Of a stretch of 64,000 bases of DNA, positions 19,734 through 29,837 are shown piece by piece. The stretch covers positions 86,519-150,518 of the forward strand of contig JAAYCX010000012.1 in assembly GCA_012729555.1 (NCBI GenBank), written 5' to 3'. The position numbers were made by a program, and so were the translations under genes. How positions within the stretch are numbered: position 1 is the first letter of the stretch; every line of letters begins with the position of its first letter. Source of the stretch: Acidobacteriota bacterium. Its GTDB lineage: Bacteria > Acidobacteriota > UBA6911. The notes below the pieces were generated by a model that worked only from the letters and a program-made list of their open reading frames with translations, was not told where the DNA came from and did not search any database.

Positions 19734-20588
19734 ATGAAAATCTGGATAGACGGCAGGTACTGCAGCCGGGAGGATGCCCGGGTCTCGGTGTTCGACCACG
19801 GCCTCCTTTACGGGGACGGGGTGTTCGAAGGAATCCGGGCCTACGGCGGCAGGGTCTTCCGGCTCCGGGAGCACCTGGAGCGGCTGTACCGGAGCGCCCG
19901 GGCGCTCCTGCTCGAGATCCCCCTGCCCCCGGAGGAGCTCCAGCGCACCGTCACCGCGGCCGTAGAGGCCAACGGCGCCCCCGACGCCTACATCCGCCTC
20001 GTGGTGACCCGCGGGGCCGGCGCCCTCGGCATGAACCCCCGCCTCTGTCCGAAGCCCTCCATCATTCTGATCGTGGACGAGATCCGGTTCTACCCCGAAA
20101 AATGTTACGCGGAGGGGATAGCGCTCATGACCTCCTCCCTGCGCAGGATCCCCCCCGCCTGTTACGATGTCCGGATCAAGTCGCTCAACTACCTCAACAA
20201 CCTCCTGGCCAAGATCGAGGCCAACCAGGCGGGCTGCCTCGAGGCCGTCATGCTCAACCAGGAGGGACGCGTGGCCGAGTGCACCGGGGACAACATCTTC
20301 ATCTGGTCGGGCGGCACGCTCAAGACGCCGTCCGCCATGGACCAGGCGCTCGAGGGGATCACGCGCGACGTCGTCCTCGGGCTCGCGGCCGCGGCCGGCA
20401 TCCCGTGCGCGGAGGCCTCCCTGACCCAATACGACCTGTACACCGCCCAGGAGTGCTTCCTCACCGGCACCGGGGCCGAGCTCATGCCGGTGACGAAGAT
20501 CGACGGGAGGACGATCGGGGACGGAAAACCGGGCCCCGTCACCCGCAGGATCCTCGGGCTCTTCCACGAGGAGGTCCGCAAGCCCTGA
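19734..20588 (+). CDS. ilvE: Branched-chain amino acid aminotransferase (class IV)
   Basis: VFEGIRAY, class-IV fold motifs, ~285 aa short BCAT type. Confidence 0.75.
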   Translation: MKIWIDGRYCSREDARVSVFDHGLLYGDGVFEGIRAYGGRVFRLREHLERLYRSARALLLEIPLPPEELQRTVTAAVEANGAPDAYIRLVVTRGAGALGMNPRLCPKPSIILIVDEIRFYPEKCYAEGIALMTSSLRRIPPACYDVRIKSLNYLNNLLAKIEANQAGCLEAVMLNQEGRVAECTGDNIFIWSGGTLKTPSAMDQALEGITRDVVLGLAAAAGIPCAEASLTQYDLYTAQECFLTGTGAELMPVTKIDGRTIGDGKPGPVTRRILGLFHEEVRKP

Positions 20589-20595
20589 CGGAGGG

Positions 20596-21459
20596 TCAGA
20601 AGGGCGAGCGGTGCTCGAGCGAGAGCGCGTCGGGCATCCGGGAAAAGTCGAAGTAGCGGTGCCGGACCCCCCCGGGGCCCACCTCCACCAGCCGCATCCC
20701 GCTCCCCCGGTCCCCGAACGGCATGGAGACCGGCCCGGTGACCGTCATTTCCAGATCTCCCGCGCGCCCGGTCGAATCCTGGTGGGCGTGCCCGGCGAAG
20801 ACCTGCCGCACGCCGTACTCCCGGAGGAGCTCCAGCATCGGTTGTCTCCGCGCCGCCGGGATATTGGAGTAGCCGTCGGCCTCGCCGGCGTCGGCGACGA
20901 ACCAGGGGTGGTGCTGAAAGACGATGACGTGCGGGGCGCCCGATTTCCGGGCCGCCGCCAGTTCCTCCCGGAGCCAGGCGGCCTGGCGCGCGTACTCGTC
21001 CGCCACCTTCCGCGGGGAGTGGATCAGGCCCGAATTCAGCACGATGCCGTAAACCGGGCCGGCGCGGAAGGAATAGTAGTCCCGGCCGAAGTCGCGCCGG
21101 TAGGCCGCGAGCGACTCGGGCGTCGGCTCGTGGCCGATGTCGTGGTTTCCGGCCACGAGGTGGACGGGAACGGTGATCCGGCTCGTGATCCGCTTGAACT
21201 CGCGCACCTGGTCCGGGTCCCCCGGCCTGTTCACCAAATCCCCCAGGATCACGACGAACTCCGGGCGGAGCCGGTTGACCGTCGCCGCCGCGAACTCGTA
21301 GTTGGCGGTTTCGCGCACGAAATCCCGGTCGGACGCATACATCCCCATCTGCGTGTCCGCGAGCAGGGCGAAATGGAAGGGGGGTTCCTGGCCGGCGCCC
21401 GGAACCCGCAAAAGAACACACAGCAGCGCGGTCAGGACCCATCTGGTTTTCATCATCAC
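20596..21459 (-). CDS. Secreted calcineurin-like metallophosphoesterase
   Basis: Signal peptide; GDLVNRPG, GNHD, FQHHP, GHAHQ motifs. Confidence 0.7.
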   Translation of the reverse strand: MMMKTRWVLTALLCVLLRVPGAGQEPPFHFALLADTQMGMYASDRDFVRETANYEFAAATVNRLRPEFVVILGDLVNRPGDPDQVREFKRITSRITVPVHLVAGNHDIGHEPTPESLAAYRRDFGRDYYSFRAGPVYGIVLNSGLIHSPRKVADEYARQAAWLREELAAARKSGAPHVIVFQHHPWFVADAGEADGYSNIPAARRQPMLELLREYGVRQVFAGHAHQDSTGRAGDLEMTVTGPVSMPFGDRGSGMRLVEVGPGGVRHRYFDFSRMPDALSLEHRSPF

Positions 21460-21497
21460 CCCCGTTGTGAAAGCTTTCGGAGAGCGGGCGGCGCCCG

Positions 21498-22592
21498 CTA
21501 CCGCTGGATACGGGCGGACCCCCCGCGGGCGAACGCCCGCACGGAATCGAGCGTCGCCATGGTGGTGTCGCCCGGAAAGGTCGTCAGCAGCGCCCCGTGC
21601 GCCCAGCCGAGGCGCACGGCGTCCTCGGCCGGCTCCCCCGCGAGCAGCCCGTAGATGAAACCGCTGGCGAAGCCGTCCCCCCCTCCCACCCGGTCATAGA
21701 CATCCAGCTCGCACGTCGGCGCGACGCACTCCTTCCCATCTACCCAGGCGACGGCCCCCCAGCCGTGACGGCTGGTCGAATGGACCTCGCGGAGGGTGGT
21801 CGCCACCGCCCGGACCCGGGGGAACTTCCTCCGGACGTTCCTGATCATGCCGAGGAACGCCGCCGGGTCGAGTTTGGACGCCCCCGCAGCCTCCGGCCCG
21901 GGGATGCCCAGCCCCTTCTGCAGGTCCTCCTCGTTGCCGATCAGCACGTCCACGTGCTCCACGATGCGGGCGATCACCTCGGCCGCCCGGCTCTCCCCCC
22001 CCCAGACGCCCCAGAGCTTCTGGCGGAAATTCAGGTCGAAACTGGTGGTCGCCCCCGCTTCCCTGGCCGCCCGCATTCCCTCGACGATGAGGGGGCCGGT
22101 GGACTCGGAGAGGGACGCGAAGATGCCCCCGCTGTGGAACCAGCGGACGCCGCCGGCGAAGATCTCCCCCCAGTCGAAATCGCCCGGCCCGAGCAGGGCC
22201 GCCGCCTCGTTGGAGCGGTTATAGAACACCACCGGCGCCCGCACCCCGTATCCCCGGTCGCTGTAGACCGTGGCCATGTTGGGGCCGTTGACCCCGTCGT
22301 GCCGGAAGGTCTTGTAGAACGGCCGGACGCCCATGGCCCGCACGCGTCGCGCGATCAGCTCCCCGATCGGGTACTCGACCATGGCGGAGACGACGGCCGT
22401 CTTCATCCCGAAGCAGTCGGAGAGGTTGGCCGCGACGTTGTATTCCCCGCCGCTCACGTGGATGCGGCACTCGGCGGCCTTGTGGAAGGGGACGATGCCC
22501 GGGTCGAGGCGGTGCACCAGCGCCCCCAGCGAAACCAGGTCGAAGGCGCCGCCCGGAAGAAGGTCGAGTCCGTCGTTTGTGGTCGTCTCCAT
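21498..22592 (-). CDS. PfkB-family carbohydrate kinase
   Basis: Ribokinase-like fold; C-terminal GGGDGFASGF anion-hole motif; start METTT 14 nt after gnd stop. Confidence 0.7.
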   Translation of the reverse strand: METTTNDGLDLLPGGAFDLVSLGALVHRLDPGIVPFHKAAECRIHVSGGEYNVAANLSDCFGMKTAVVSAMVEYPIGELIARRVRAMGVRPFYKTFRHDGVNGPNMATVYSDRGYGVRAPVVFYNRSNEAAALLGPGDFDWGEIFAGGVRWFHSGGIFASLSESTGPLIVEGMRAAREAGATTSFDLNFRQKLWGVWGGESRAAEVIARIVEHVDVLIGNEEDLQKGLGIPGPEAAGASKLDPAAFLGMIRNVRRKFPRVRAVATTLREVHSTSRHGWGAVAWVDGKECVAPTCELDVYDRVGGGDGFASGFIYGLLAGEPAEDAVRLGWAHGALLTTFPGDTTMATLDSVRAFARGGSARIQR

Positions 22593-22605
22593 GGTGTCGC
22601 GCTCC

Positions 22606-24075
22606 TCAGACCGAGTAGGCGGACGATGCGGTGTCGCCCCCCTGGCCGGTCCAGTTGGTGTGGTGGAACTCCCCGCGGGGCCGGTCGACACGCTCGTACT
22701 GGTGGGCCCCGAAATAATCCCGCTGGGCCTGCAGCAGGTTGGCCGGCAACCGCGCGCTGCGCAGCCCGTCGTAGTAGGCCAGCGCCGAGGACATGGCGGG
22801 GGCCGGGACTCCGTAGAGGGCCGCGGCCGCGACCACGCGGCGCCACCCCTCCCCGGCCCGGCCGACCCGCTCGCGGAAGAAAGGGTCGAGCAGCAGGTTC
22901 GCGAGGGCGGGGTTCTGCACGTAGGCGTCCCGGATCTTCCCCAGGAAGGCCGAACGAATGATGCAGCCGCCGCGCCAGAGCAGGGCGATGGCGCCGTAAT
23001 CGAGCTTCCAGCCGTACTCCCGCGCCGCCTCGGCCATCAGGCCGAAACCCTGGGCATAGGAGACGATCTTGGCGGCGTAGAGCGCGGCCTCCAGGTCCCG
23101 CAGAAAATCCCCCCGGTCCCCGGAGAAGGTCCGCTCCGGGGCCGGGAGGAGGCCCGAGGCCTCCACCCGCAGCTCCTTCATGGCCGAAAGGCACCGGGCG
23201 TAAACCGCCTCGGTGATCAGCGTGAGCGGAACCCCCAGGTCGAGCGACGCCACCCCGGTCCACTTCCCCGTCCCCTTCTGCCCCGCGGTGTCGAGGATCT
23301 TGTCGACCAGGGGCGCCCCGTCCTCGTCCTTGCGGGCGAGGATGTCGCCCGTGATCCCGACGAGGTAACTGTCCAGGTCCCCCCGGTTCCAGGCGCGGAA
23401 CACTTCCGCCATCTCCCCGGCGCCCATGCCGGGGAGATGGCGCATCAGCTGGTAAGCCTCGCAGATGAGCTGCATGTCGCCGTATTCGATCCCGTTGTGG
23501 ACCATCTTCACGAAGTGACCGGCGCCCCCCTGCCCCACCCATTCGCAGCAGGGGGTGCCGTCCTCCACCCGGGCCGCGATCGCCTGCAGGACCGGCCGCA
23601 CCCGGGGCCAGGCGGCCTCGGATCCCCCGGGCATGATGGAAGGCCCGCGCAGCGCCCCCTCCTCCCCCCCCGACACCCCGGTCCCGATATAGAGCATCCC
23701 CGCGGACTCGAGCCGGGCGGTGCGCCGGGCGGTGTCGGCGAAATGGGAATTCCCGCCGTCGATCAGGATGTCGCCCCGGTCGAGCAGGGGGACGAGCCGC
23801 TCGATCAGTTCGTCCACCGGCCTGCCCGCCTTCACCATCATCAGGATCCGGCGCGGGGATTCGAGCGGCCGGACCAGGGCCTCCAGCGTCTCCGCCCCCA
23901 GGAAATTCCTGCCCCGCCCCCTCCCGTCGAGGAACCGGGCGACGACCCCCTCTTCGACCCCCGGCACCGTGCGGTTGTGGACGGCGACGGTGAAGCCCCT
24001 GCTTTCCAGGTTCAGGGCGAGGTTCTCCCCCATGACGGCCAGACCTATGATTCCGATATCCGCCTGCACTTTCAT
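22606..24075 (-). CDS. gnd: 6-phosphogluconate dehydrogenase (decarboxylating)
   Basis: MKVQADIGIIGLAVMGENLALN Rossmann start, full-length collinear Gnd sequence, RBS GGAGTCC. Confidence 0.9.
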   Translation of the reverse strand: MKVQADIGIIGLAVMGENLALNLESRGFTVAVHNRTVPGVEEGVVARFLDGRGRGRNFLGAETLEALVRPLESPRRILMMVKAGRPVDELIERLVPLLDRGDILIDGGNSHFADTARRTARLESAGMLYIGTGVSGGEEGALRGPSIMPGGSEAAWPRVRPVLQAIAARVEDGTPCCEWVGQGGAGHFVKMVHNGIEYGDMQLICEAYQLMRHLPGMGAGEMAEVFRAWNRGDLDSYLVGITGDILARKDEDGAPLVDKILDTAGQKGTGKWTGVASLDLGVPLTLITEAVYARCLSAMKELRVEASGLLPAPERTFSGDRGDFLRDLEAALYAAKIVSYAQGFGLMAEAAREYGWKLDYGAIALLWRGGCIIRSAFLGKIRDAYVQNPALANLLLDPFFRERVGRAGEGWRRVVAAAALYGVPAPAMSSALAYYDGLRSARLPANLLQAQRDYFGAHQYERVDRPRGEFHHTNWTGQGGDTASSAYSV

Positions 24076-24115
24076 ACTGGACTCCGATCGATGCGATGGA
24101 ACAGAAACGCCGTCC

Positions 24116-25399
24116 TCAGGACCCGGAGCGTTCGAAGCGCTCCCTCGACGCCCACAGCCCGAGGCCGGGGTTCGGGACGAAATAGACCTCTTCCCCGTCC
24201 GGCATCGTATGGTACCCCTCGGCGAGGGATCCCGGATCGTAGCGCCCGAGGGCGGCTTCCAGGCTGCCGTAACGGAAATGCACCCCCTCGACCTCCTCCC
24301 GCCGGAGCCCCCCGGGGCAGTAGGTGATCGAAAACCGCCCTTCCGAGGAACCATGGATGAGGTGGGCGGCGGCCGCGAGATTCCGCCCGAGTTCGCCGCC
24401 GGAGGCGACCTCCCCGAGGACGCGCTCCGTCCCCGCGTACCCGTAGCGCCGGATCAGACGGTCCATCCCGTCGTCCTCGCCGAACCGTTCGACGCCCGGG
24501 GCGATGACGAGCAGTTCCCCGCCGTCCTCGAGCGCCATGCGGGTCCGGTAGATGGCCTTGTTACCGAGCCAGGTGCTCTTGAACTCGGCGGGGTCGAGAT
24601 AGACCACCGCTTTCCGGAGCGGCCGGTCGAGGATCCGGACGTTGACCTCCAGCGCCAGCGCCGACGCCCGGAGATGGCACTCCGGCTCGTCGCCGATGAA
24701 GAGCCCGCGCACGACCGGCTCCCCCCGCCCGCCGGCGCCCACCACGGTCAGCACGTACACGATCGGCAGGTGGCGGGCGAAGCGCTCGGACTGGTAATCG
24801 AACACCCGGCGCACCGGGGTGTCGGCCCGGCCCAGGATCCGCTCCATGCCGAAAACGGCGCCCAGGAAATGGGTCTTGTGGATCGCCTCGGCCCCCCCGG
24901 CGCCCACGAACACGTTCTTGTTGTACCCCGCCATCCCCGCCACCTCGTGGGGGACCACCTGGCCGAGCGAGAGGACGAGGTCGTGCCCCCCTCGGGCCAG
25001 GAGCCGGCTGACCTCGGCCGGGATGGCGTAGCGCACCCGCCCCCCCGATACCTCCGCGACAAAATCTTCGGGCACCGTCCCGAGGCTGTCCACGCCGCGG
25101 CGCCAGTCGTGTTCCCGGAAGAGCCGGGCGGGCGTCCGGCCGAACATGCGGGAGATCTCCCCCGGCGTCATCGGCCGGTGGGTGCCCAGGGCGGGGAGCA
25201 CGTCCACGAGCGCCGGGCCGTAGTATTCGTAAAGGAGTTCGGTCAGGACCCCGGCCTGGGAATGCACGCGCGTGCAGTCGGGGGGGAGGGCCAGCACCCG
25301 CCTGCGGGGGCCCAGCCGGTCGAGGGCGCCGAAGAGCGCCTCCCTCAAATCCTCCCTTGAAAACACACGCCCCGAAGACCCGTCGCTCGCAAGTATCAT
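24116..25399 (-). CDS. LarA-like (DUF2088) lactate-racemase-family protein
   Basis: ~428 aa, overall resemblance to nickel-pincer LarA family; start at MILASDG chosen over long upstream extension. Confidence 0.45.
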   Translation of the reverse strand: MILASDGSSGRVFSREDLREALFGALDRLGPRRRVLALPPDCTRVHSQAGVLTELLYEYYGPALVDVLPALGTHRPMTPGEISRMFGRTPARLFREHDWRRGVDSLGTVPEDFVAEVSGGRVRYAIPAEVSRLLARGGHDLVLSLGQVVPHEVAGMAGYNKNVFVGAGGAEAIHKTHFLGAVFGMERILGRADTPVRRVFDYQSERFARHLPIVYVLTVVGAGGRGEPVVRGLFIGDEPECHLRASALALEVNVRILDRPLRKAVVYLDPAEFKSTWLGNKAIYRTRMALEDGGELLVIAPGVERFGEDDGMDRLIRRYGYAGTERVLGEVASGGELGRNLAAAAHLIHGSSEGRFSITYCPGGLRREEVEGVHFRYGSLEAALGRYDPGSLAEGYHTMPDGEEVYFVPNPGLGLWASRERFERSGS

Positions 25400-25586
25400 G
25401 AAGTTTTCCTGCCCGGGGGCCCTCCCCCGCATCCGTCGCTTATATGTATCCGAGAACGCGCAGCCGGCGCAAGCGCGGATTTCCGCCCCCCGATCCGCCC
25501 GATGGCCGCCCGGGGCTGGAATCGATTGACTATTCAGCCCTTTTGGATTATTAAAGACTCGCGCCCCTTCATGCAGAGACCCCGAC

Positions 25587-26672
25587 ATGGCTTCGAAAAT
25601 TCTGGCTGTCGATGACGACCCGCAGGTGGCAAAGCTGACAGTGCTGCTGCTCGAGGGGCTCGGGTACGAGGCGCTGGGCCTGACCGATCCCCGCCGGGCC
25701 CTCGACGCCGTCCGCTCCTTCCGGCCCGAAGCCTGCATCGTGGACCTCAACATGCCCTTTGTCTCCGGCTCCGACCTCCTCGACCAGATCAGGGCCGAGA
25801 GTCCGCACACGGAGGTCATCCTGCTCACCGGAATGGACGACACGTTGATCGCCGTCGATTTCATGAAGCGGGGGGCCGCCGACTTCCTCCTCAAGCCGAT
25901 CGGCGCCGAGCAGCTGGATGTCGCCGTCACCAGGGCCCTGGAACACCGGCGCCTGCTGCTGGAGAACGCCGCTTACAAACAGGGCCTGGAGGCGCTGGTC
26001 GAGGAGCGGTCGCGGGCGCTCAACGAAGCGCTCTCCAACCTGGGCGAACTCCACGAGGCCACCATCGAAACGCTGGCGCAGGCTTTGGACATGCGCGACC
26101 AGGGGAGCGGCGGGCATTCGCGCCGGGTGGCCGACATGACCGTGGGGATCGCGCGCCACCTGGGGATCCGCGACGGGCAGCTCGTGCAGATCGAGCAGGG
26201 GGCGCTGCTGCACGACATCGGCAAGCTGCGGATCCCGGACAGCATCCTCTGGAAACCTTCGGCCCTCACCCCCGCGGAATGGGACACGATGCGGCGGCAC
26301 CCGGAGTACGGGTACGAGTTCGTCAGCAAGATCGGATTCCTGAGGGGCGCGGCCGACATCGTGCTCTCCCATCACGAACGCTACGACGGCTCGGGGTATC
26401 CCCGCGGCCTCAAGGGGGACGAGATTTCGCTCGGCGCCCGCATCTTCTCCATGGTCGACACCATCGACGCCATCCTGTACGACCGCCCCTATCACCGGGC
26501 CTCCGCCTTCCCCGTCGCCCGGGACGAGATCCTCGGCAAAGCGGGCACCCACTTCGACCCCACCCTGGTCCGCCCCACTCTGGAACATCTGGAATCCTGT
26601 TTCCATAACCCCGGGCGGGCGCGCGGAGACGGGGAGGCCGCATCCAGGGAAAACAACGGAGGCCACCCATGA
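25587..26672 (+). CDS. Response regulator with HD-GYP phosphodiesterase output domain
   Basis: Receiver domain (DDD..., phospho-acceptor D in IVDLNMPF, K at LLKP); HD-GYP motifs HDIGK and DGSGYP. Confidence 0.85.
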   Translation: MASKILAVDDDPQVAKLTVLLLEGLGYEALGLTDPRRALDAVRSFRPEACIVDLNMPFVSGSDLLDQIRAESPHTEVILLTGMDDTLIAVDFMKRGAADFLLKPIGAEQLDVAVTRALEHRRLLLENAAYKQGLEALVEERSRALNEALSNLGELHEATIETLAQALDMRDQGSGGHSRRVADMTVGIARHLGIRDGQLVQIEQGALLHDIGKLRIPDSILWKPSALTPAEWDTMRRHPEYGYEFVSKIGFLRGAADIVLSHHERYDGSGYPRGLKGDEISLGARIFSMVDTIDAILYDRPYHRASAFPVARDEILGKAGTHFDPTLVRPTLEHLESCFHNPGRARGDGEAASRENNGGHP

Positions 26673-27418
26673 CAGGAAAAGAAGCAGTGCGCCTGGCGGC
26701 GGGGCTCGCCCTGTTTTTTGCCGGATGGGGCCGGGCCGTGGAGGAGGGGGCGCGCGGGCCGGACCACGCCGGGTTCCGGGAGTGCGCCGAGTGCCACGCG
26801 CAGCAGGACGCCGCCTGGCGGTCGTCCGCCCACAACCCGGCCACCGGCTGCCTGCGGTGCCACGAACCGGCGGCGAATTCTCCGGGCAGGCTGGCCGCGG
26901 AGCCGGAGGCCCTCTGCTCCTCCTGCCATTCCCAGCGGGCCGTGCTCAGGGGAACGGGGGCCGAGGGGATCGAGGAGACCCGCAGCTTTCACTCCGGCGT
27001 CGCCTGCGTCTCCTGTCACATGACGGGCGGCGGCCACGGCATGAAGCTGCTCCGTCCCGACGACCCCGCCCTGCCCGAGGACCGGGTCGACAGCTGCACC
27101 GCGTGCCACAAGGACAACAACCGGAATACGCGCGCGCGCCAGCTCCGGGACTGGCAGGCATGGTATCGGGAAACCATGGAACCCCTCCAGGCGGGCCTGG
27201 CCGAAATCGAAGCGCGGATGAAAGATCGTCCCGATCTCTTCACCGACGAGGCCCAGCGGAAACTCTCCGGCGTCCGGCGCAACCTCGCGATCATCGAGCG
27301 GGACGGCTCCGCCGGGGCGCATAACCTGGACTATGCCCTGGAAATCATGGCTCTGGCCTCCCGCCGGCTCAAGGAGATCGGTGCGGCGACGGCTCCCGCC
27401 GGGCTCGGGGGACAGTGA
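26669..27418 (+). CDS. Secreted pentaheme c-type cytochrome
   Basis: Signal peptide; five CxxCH motifs (CAECH, CLRCH, CSSCH, CVSCH, CTACH); start overlaps HD-GYP stop by 4 nt. Confidence 0.75.
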   Translation: MTGKEAVRLAAGLALFFAGWGRAVEEGARGPDHAGFRECAECHAQQDAAWRSSAHNPATGCLRCHEPAANSPGRLAAEPEALCSSCHSQRAVLRGTGAEGIEETRSFHSGVACVSCHMTGGGHGMKLLRPDDPALPEDRVDSCTACHKDNNRNTRARQLRDWQAWYRETMEPLQAGLAEIEARMKDRPDLFTDEAQRKLSGVRRNLAIIERDGSAGAHNLDYALEIMALASRRLKEIGAATAPAGLGGQ

Positions 27419-27437
27419 CCCACCGGCGATTCCTCAC

Positions 27438-28106
27438 CTATCTCGAGCGTTTGAGGCCGATCCGGGGGCAGAAGCGGGCGACCGGGCAGCGGCTGCACCA
27501 GGGGGAGGAGGGGACGCAGAGGTTCTGGCCGAAGGTGACCAGGATGTCGTTGAGGCTGATCCAATGGCGCCGGGGGAGCTTCCGGCGCAGGGCGGACTCG
27601 GTCTCGTCCGGGGTCCGGGTCGCCACGTAGCCCCACAGGTTGCAGATGCGGTGGACATGGGTGTCCACGCAGATGCCGTAGTCCCCGAACCCCACGGTGA
27701 GCACCAGGTTGGCCGTTTTCCTCCCGACGCCGGGCAGCGCGAGCAGCCCGTCCATGGACCGGGGCACCCGTCCCGAATGCTCCCGTTCGAGGCGGAGCCC
27801 GATCGCGACGAGGTGCGCCGCCTTGGTACGATAGAAGCCGACGGGGTAGATCAGCCGCTCCACCTCCTCCCGAGCGAGTCCGGAGAGCGCCCGTGGAGTC
27901 GGCGCCCGCCCGAGCAGGCGGCGCGAGGCGGCCTCGGTCACCTTGTCCCTCGTGCGCAGCGAAAGGACGGTGCTGACCAGGGTTTCGTAGGGGCGGTCGA
28001 CCGCCCCGTCGGCGATCACCCCCACCGCCGGGACTTTCCATAGAGGGAGTTCCCGCTTGAGCCGGGCCAGCACCCTGCCCAGCGTCCGCGTATCCATCCC
28101 TTTCAA
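27438..28106 (-). CDS. nth: Endonuclease III (DNA glycosylase/AP lyase)
   Basis: HhH-GPD region LPGVGRKTANLVL and [4Fe-4S] cluster C-x6-C-x2-C-x5-C at C-terminus. Confidence 0.8.
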   Translation of the reverse strand: MKGMDTRTLGRVLARLKRELPLWKVPAVGVIADGAVDRPYETLVSTVLSLRTRDKVTEAASRRLLGRAPTPRALSGLAREEVERLIYPVGFYRTKAAHLVAIGLRLEREHSGRVPRSMDGLLALPGVGRKTANLVLTVGFGDYGICVDTHVHRICNLWGYVATRTPDETESALRRKLPRRHWISLNDILVTFGQNLCVPSSPWCSRCPVARFCPRIGLKRSR

Positions 28107-28579
28107 GGAAGCGCCGGGATCTGGAAGACCGGACCGAGGGCCGAGCGTTTCGGGGCAAGGGCGCGCATGGAAGGCTCCGGGAGGAGTTCCAGGGGTTTGA
28201 TCCCCGACGGGGGGAGGGTGGGGCCGTTCCAGGTCATCATGCCACCGGCGTTGTACACCCGCTCGTAGCCTTCGGACGCCAGGTAGTTCGCCGCGAAGGC
28301 CGCGCGGCCGCCGGTCCGGCAGTAAACGACGACGGCCCGGTCCTTCGGGATCCGGGCCGATTCCCGCATGAAGGGCTCGGGCCAGGCGAGGTGGTAGGGA
28401 CGGCAGGAGTCGTTGCCGATGACGGCGTCGATTTCCTCGATCGTCCTCAGGTCGATAAGGATGAAGTCGAAAGCCGCCCCGCCGGACAGGAACCCCGCCA
28501 GCTGGCCCTGCGCCATCGGGCTGACGGCCGCGTGGCCCGCCGCAACCGCAAAAAGAATCAAAAGCAGGATCTTTTTCAT
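28103..28579 (-). CDS. Periplasmic rhodanese-domain sulfurtransferase
   Basis: Signal peptide MKKILLLILFAVAAGHA; active-site loop CRTGGRA; 4-nt overlap with nth start. Confidence 0.7.
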   Translation of the reverse strand: MKKILLLILFAVAAGHAAVSPMAQGQLAGFLSGGAAFDFILIDLRTIEEIDAVIGNDSCRPYHLAWPEPFMRESARIPKDRAVVVYCRTGGRAAFAANYLASEGYERVYNAGGMMTWNGPTLPPSGIKPLELLPEPSMRALAPKRSALGPVFQIPALP

Positions 28580-28716
28580 GAAATGTCCCTCAAAAACCGC
28601 ATTCTTGACCTGGATCAATCCCATCCGTCCCCCCTGTCTTCATTATTGCAGGTGTAGGGCGCAAAATAAACCCGCGGGTTGAGGATGCGCGATAACATGA
28701 AAAAGGAGGGGCGAAA

Positions 28717-29562
28717 ATGAAGCGCAACATAATCCGGATCGACCAGGAAAAATGCACCGGGTGCGGCCTGTGCGTGTCGGGGTGTCCCGAAGGCGCGCTG
28801 CAGCTCATCGACGGCAAGGCGAGGCTGGTGGGAGACCTGCTCTGCGACGGCCTCGGCGCCTGTATCGGCCAATGCCCCGAGGGGGCGCTGACGGTGGAGG
28901 TACGGGAGGCGGAGGCGTACGACGAAATCCGGGCGCTGGGCAACATCGTCCCCCAGGGGCCGAACGTCCTCGCCGCCCATCTCAAGCACCTGAAGGACCA
29001 TCGTCAGGAGGAGTACCTCCGCCAGGCCGTCGCCTACCTCGAGGAAAACGGGATCCCGTTCGACCCTCCCGCCGACAACGCCCCCGCCGCGCCCGCCGCC
29101 GGGTGCCCCGGGTCCCGGAGCGTAACCTTCGCACCCAGGAGAGAGGGGGAAAACGACGGGGCGAAACACCCCTCGAGGTTGACCCACTGGCCGATCCAGC
29201 TCCACCTGATCTCCCCGGCGGCCCCGCAGTACCGCGACGCCGACCTGCTGATCGCGGCCGATTGCGTCGCCTTCTCCCACGGAGACTTCCACCGGGACTT
29301 TCTCGAGGGGCGCGCCCTGGTCATCGCCTGCCCCAAGCTGGACGCGCGCCAGGAGGCCTACGCCGAAAAACTGACGGCCCTGATCGAGCAGGCCCGCTCG
29401 GTCCGGATTGCCATCATGCAGGTCCCCTGCTGCGGCGGCCTTCTCAACCAGGTGCTCCAAGCCGCCGCGCGGGCCGGGCGCAAGCCTCCCATGAGCTGCG
29501 TCGTCGTAGGGCTGGAAGGGGAAATCCTCCGCGACACCCCCGTGGAGGCGGGTGCGGCCTAA
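28717..29562 (+). CDS. 4Fe-4S dicluster ferredoxin-domain protein
   Basis: Two CxxCxxCxxxCP motifs (CTGCGLCVSGCP, CDGLGACIGQCP) at N-terminus; C-terminal domain with CC pair, unknown function. Confidence 0.55.
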   Translation: MKRNIIRIDQEKCTGCGLCVSGCPEGALQLIDGKARLVGDLLCDGLGACIGQCPEGALTVEVREAEAYDEIRALGNIVPQGPNVLAAHLKHLKDHRQEEYLRQAVAYLEENGIPFDPPADNAPAAPAAGCPGSRSVTFAPRREGENDGAKHPSRLTHWPIQLHLISPAAPQYRDADLLIAADCVAFSHGDFHRDFLEGRALVIACPKLDARQEAYAEKLTALIEQARSVRIAIMQVPCCGGLLNQVLQAAARAGRKPPMSCVVVGLEGEILRDTPVEAGAA

Positions 29563-29765
29563 TCCTCGAGGATGAAGGTGACCTTCAGCTGAACCCGGAA
29601 TTCGGTCACCCGGCCGCCGTCGTCGACGACCACTTCCTGGTTTTCGATCCAGGCGGATTTGACGTTCTTGAGGGTCTTGGAAGCGCGGGCGACCCCTTCC
29701 CTGATGGCGTCTTCAAAGCTCTTGGCGGACGATGATTTGATTTCGGTAACGCGTGCGATGGCCAT
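29559..29765 (-). CDS. Dodecin family flavin-binding protein
   Basis: ~68 aa, pattern IELIGSS...FEDAIREGVARASKTLKNV....E.....V.....V.LKV.F.LE typical of dodecin. Confidence 0.55.
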   Translation of the reverse strand: MAIARVTEIKSSSAKSFEDAIREGVARASKTLKNVKSAWIENQEVVVDDGGRVTEFRVQLKVTFILED

Positions 29766-29837
29766 GAGAGGCTCCTTTTGATAGAGGATTGAGGGAAAAG
29801 CTATGGATCCCATTGTACCACAAAGCCCGCGCGCGCG

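Noticed and set aside
22333-24327. 664-aa plus-strand ORF over the gnd and sugar-kinase loci
   Set aside because: Antisense to two strongly supported minus-strand genes.
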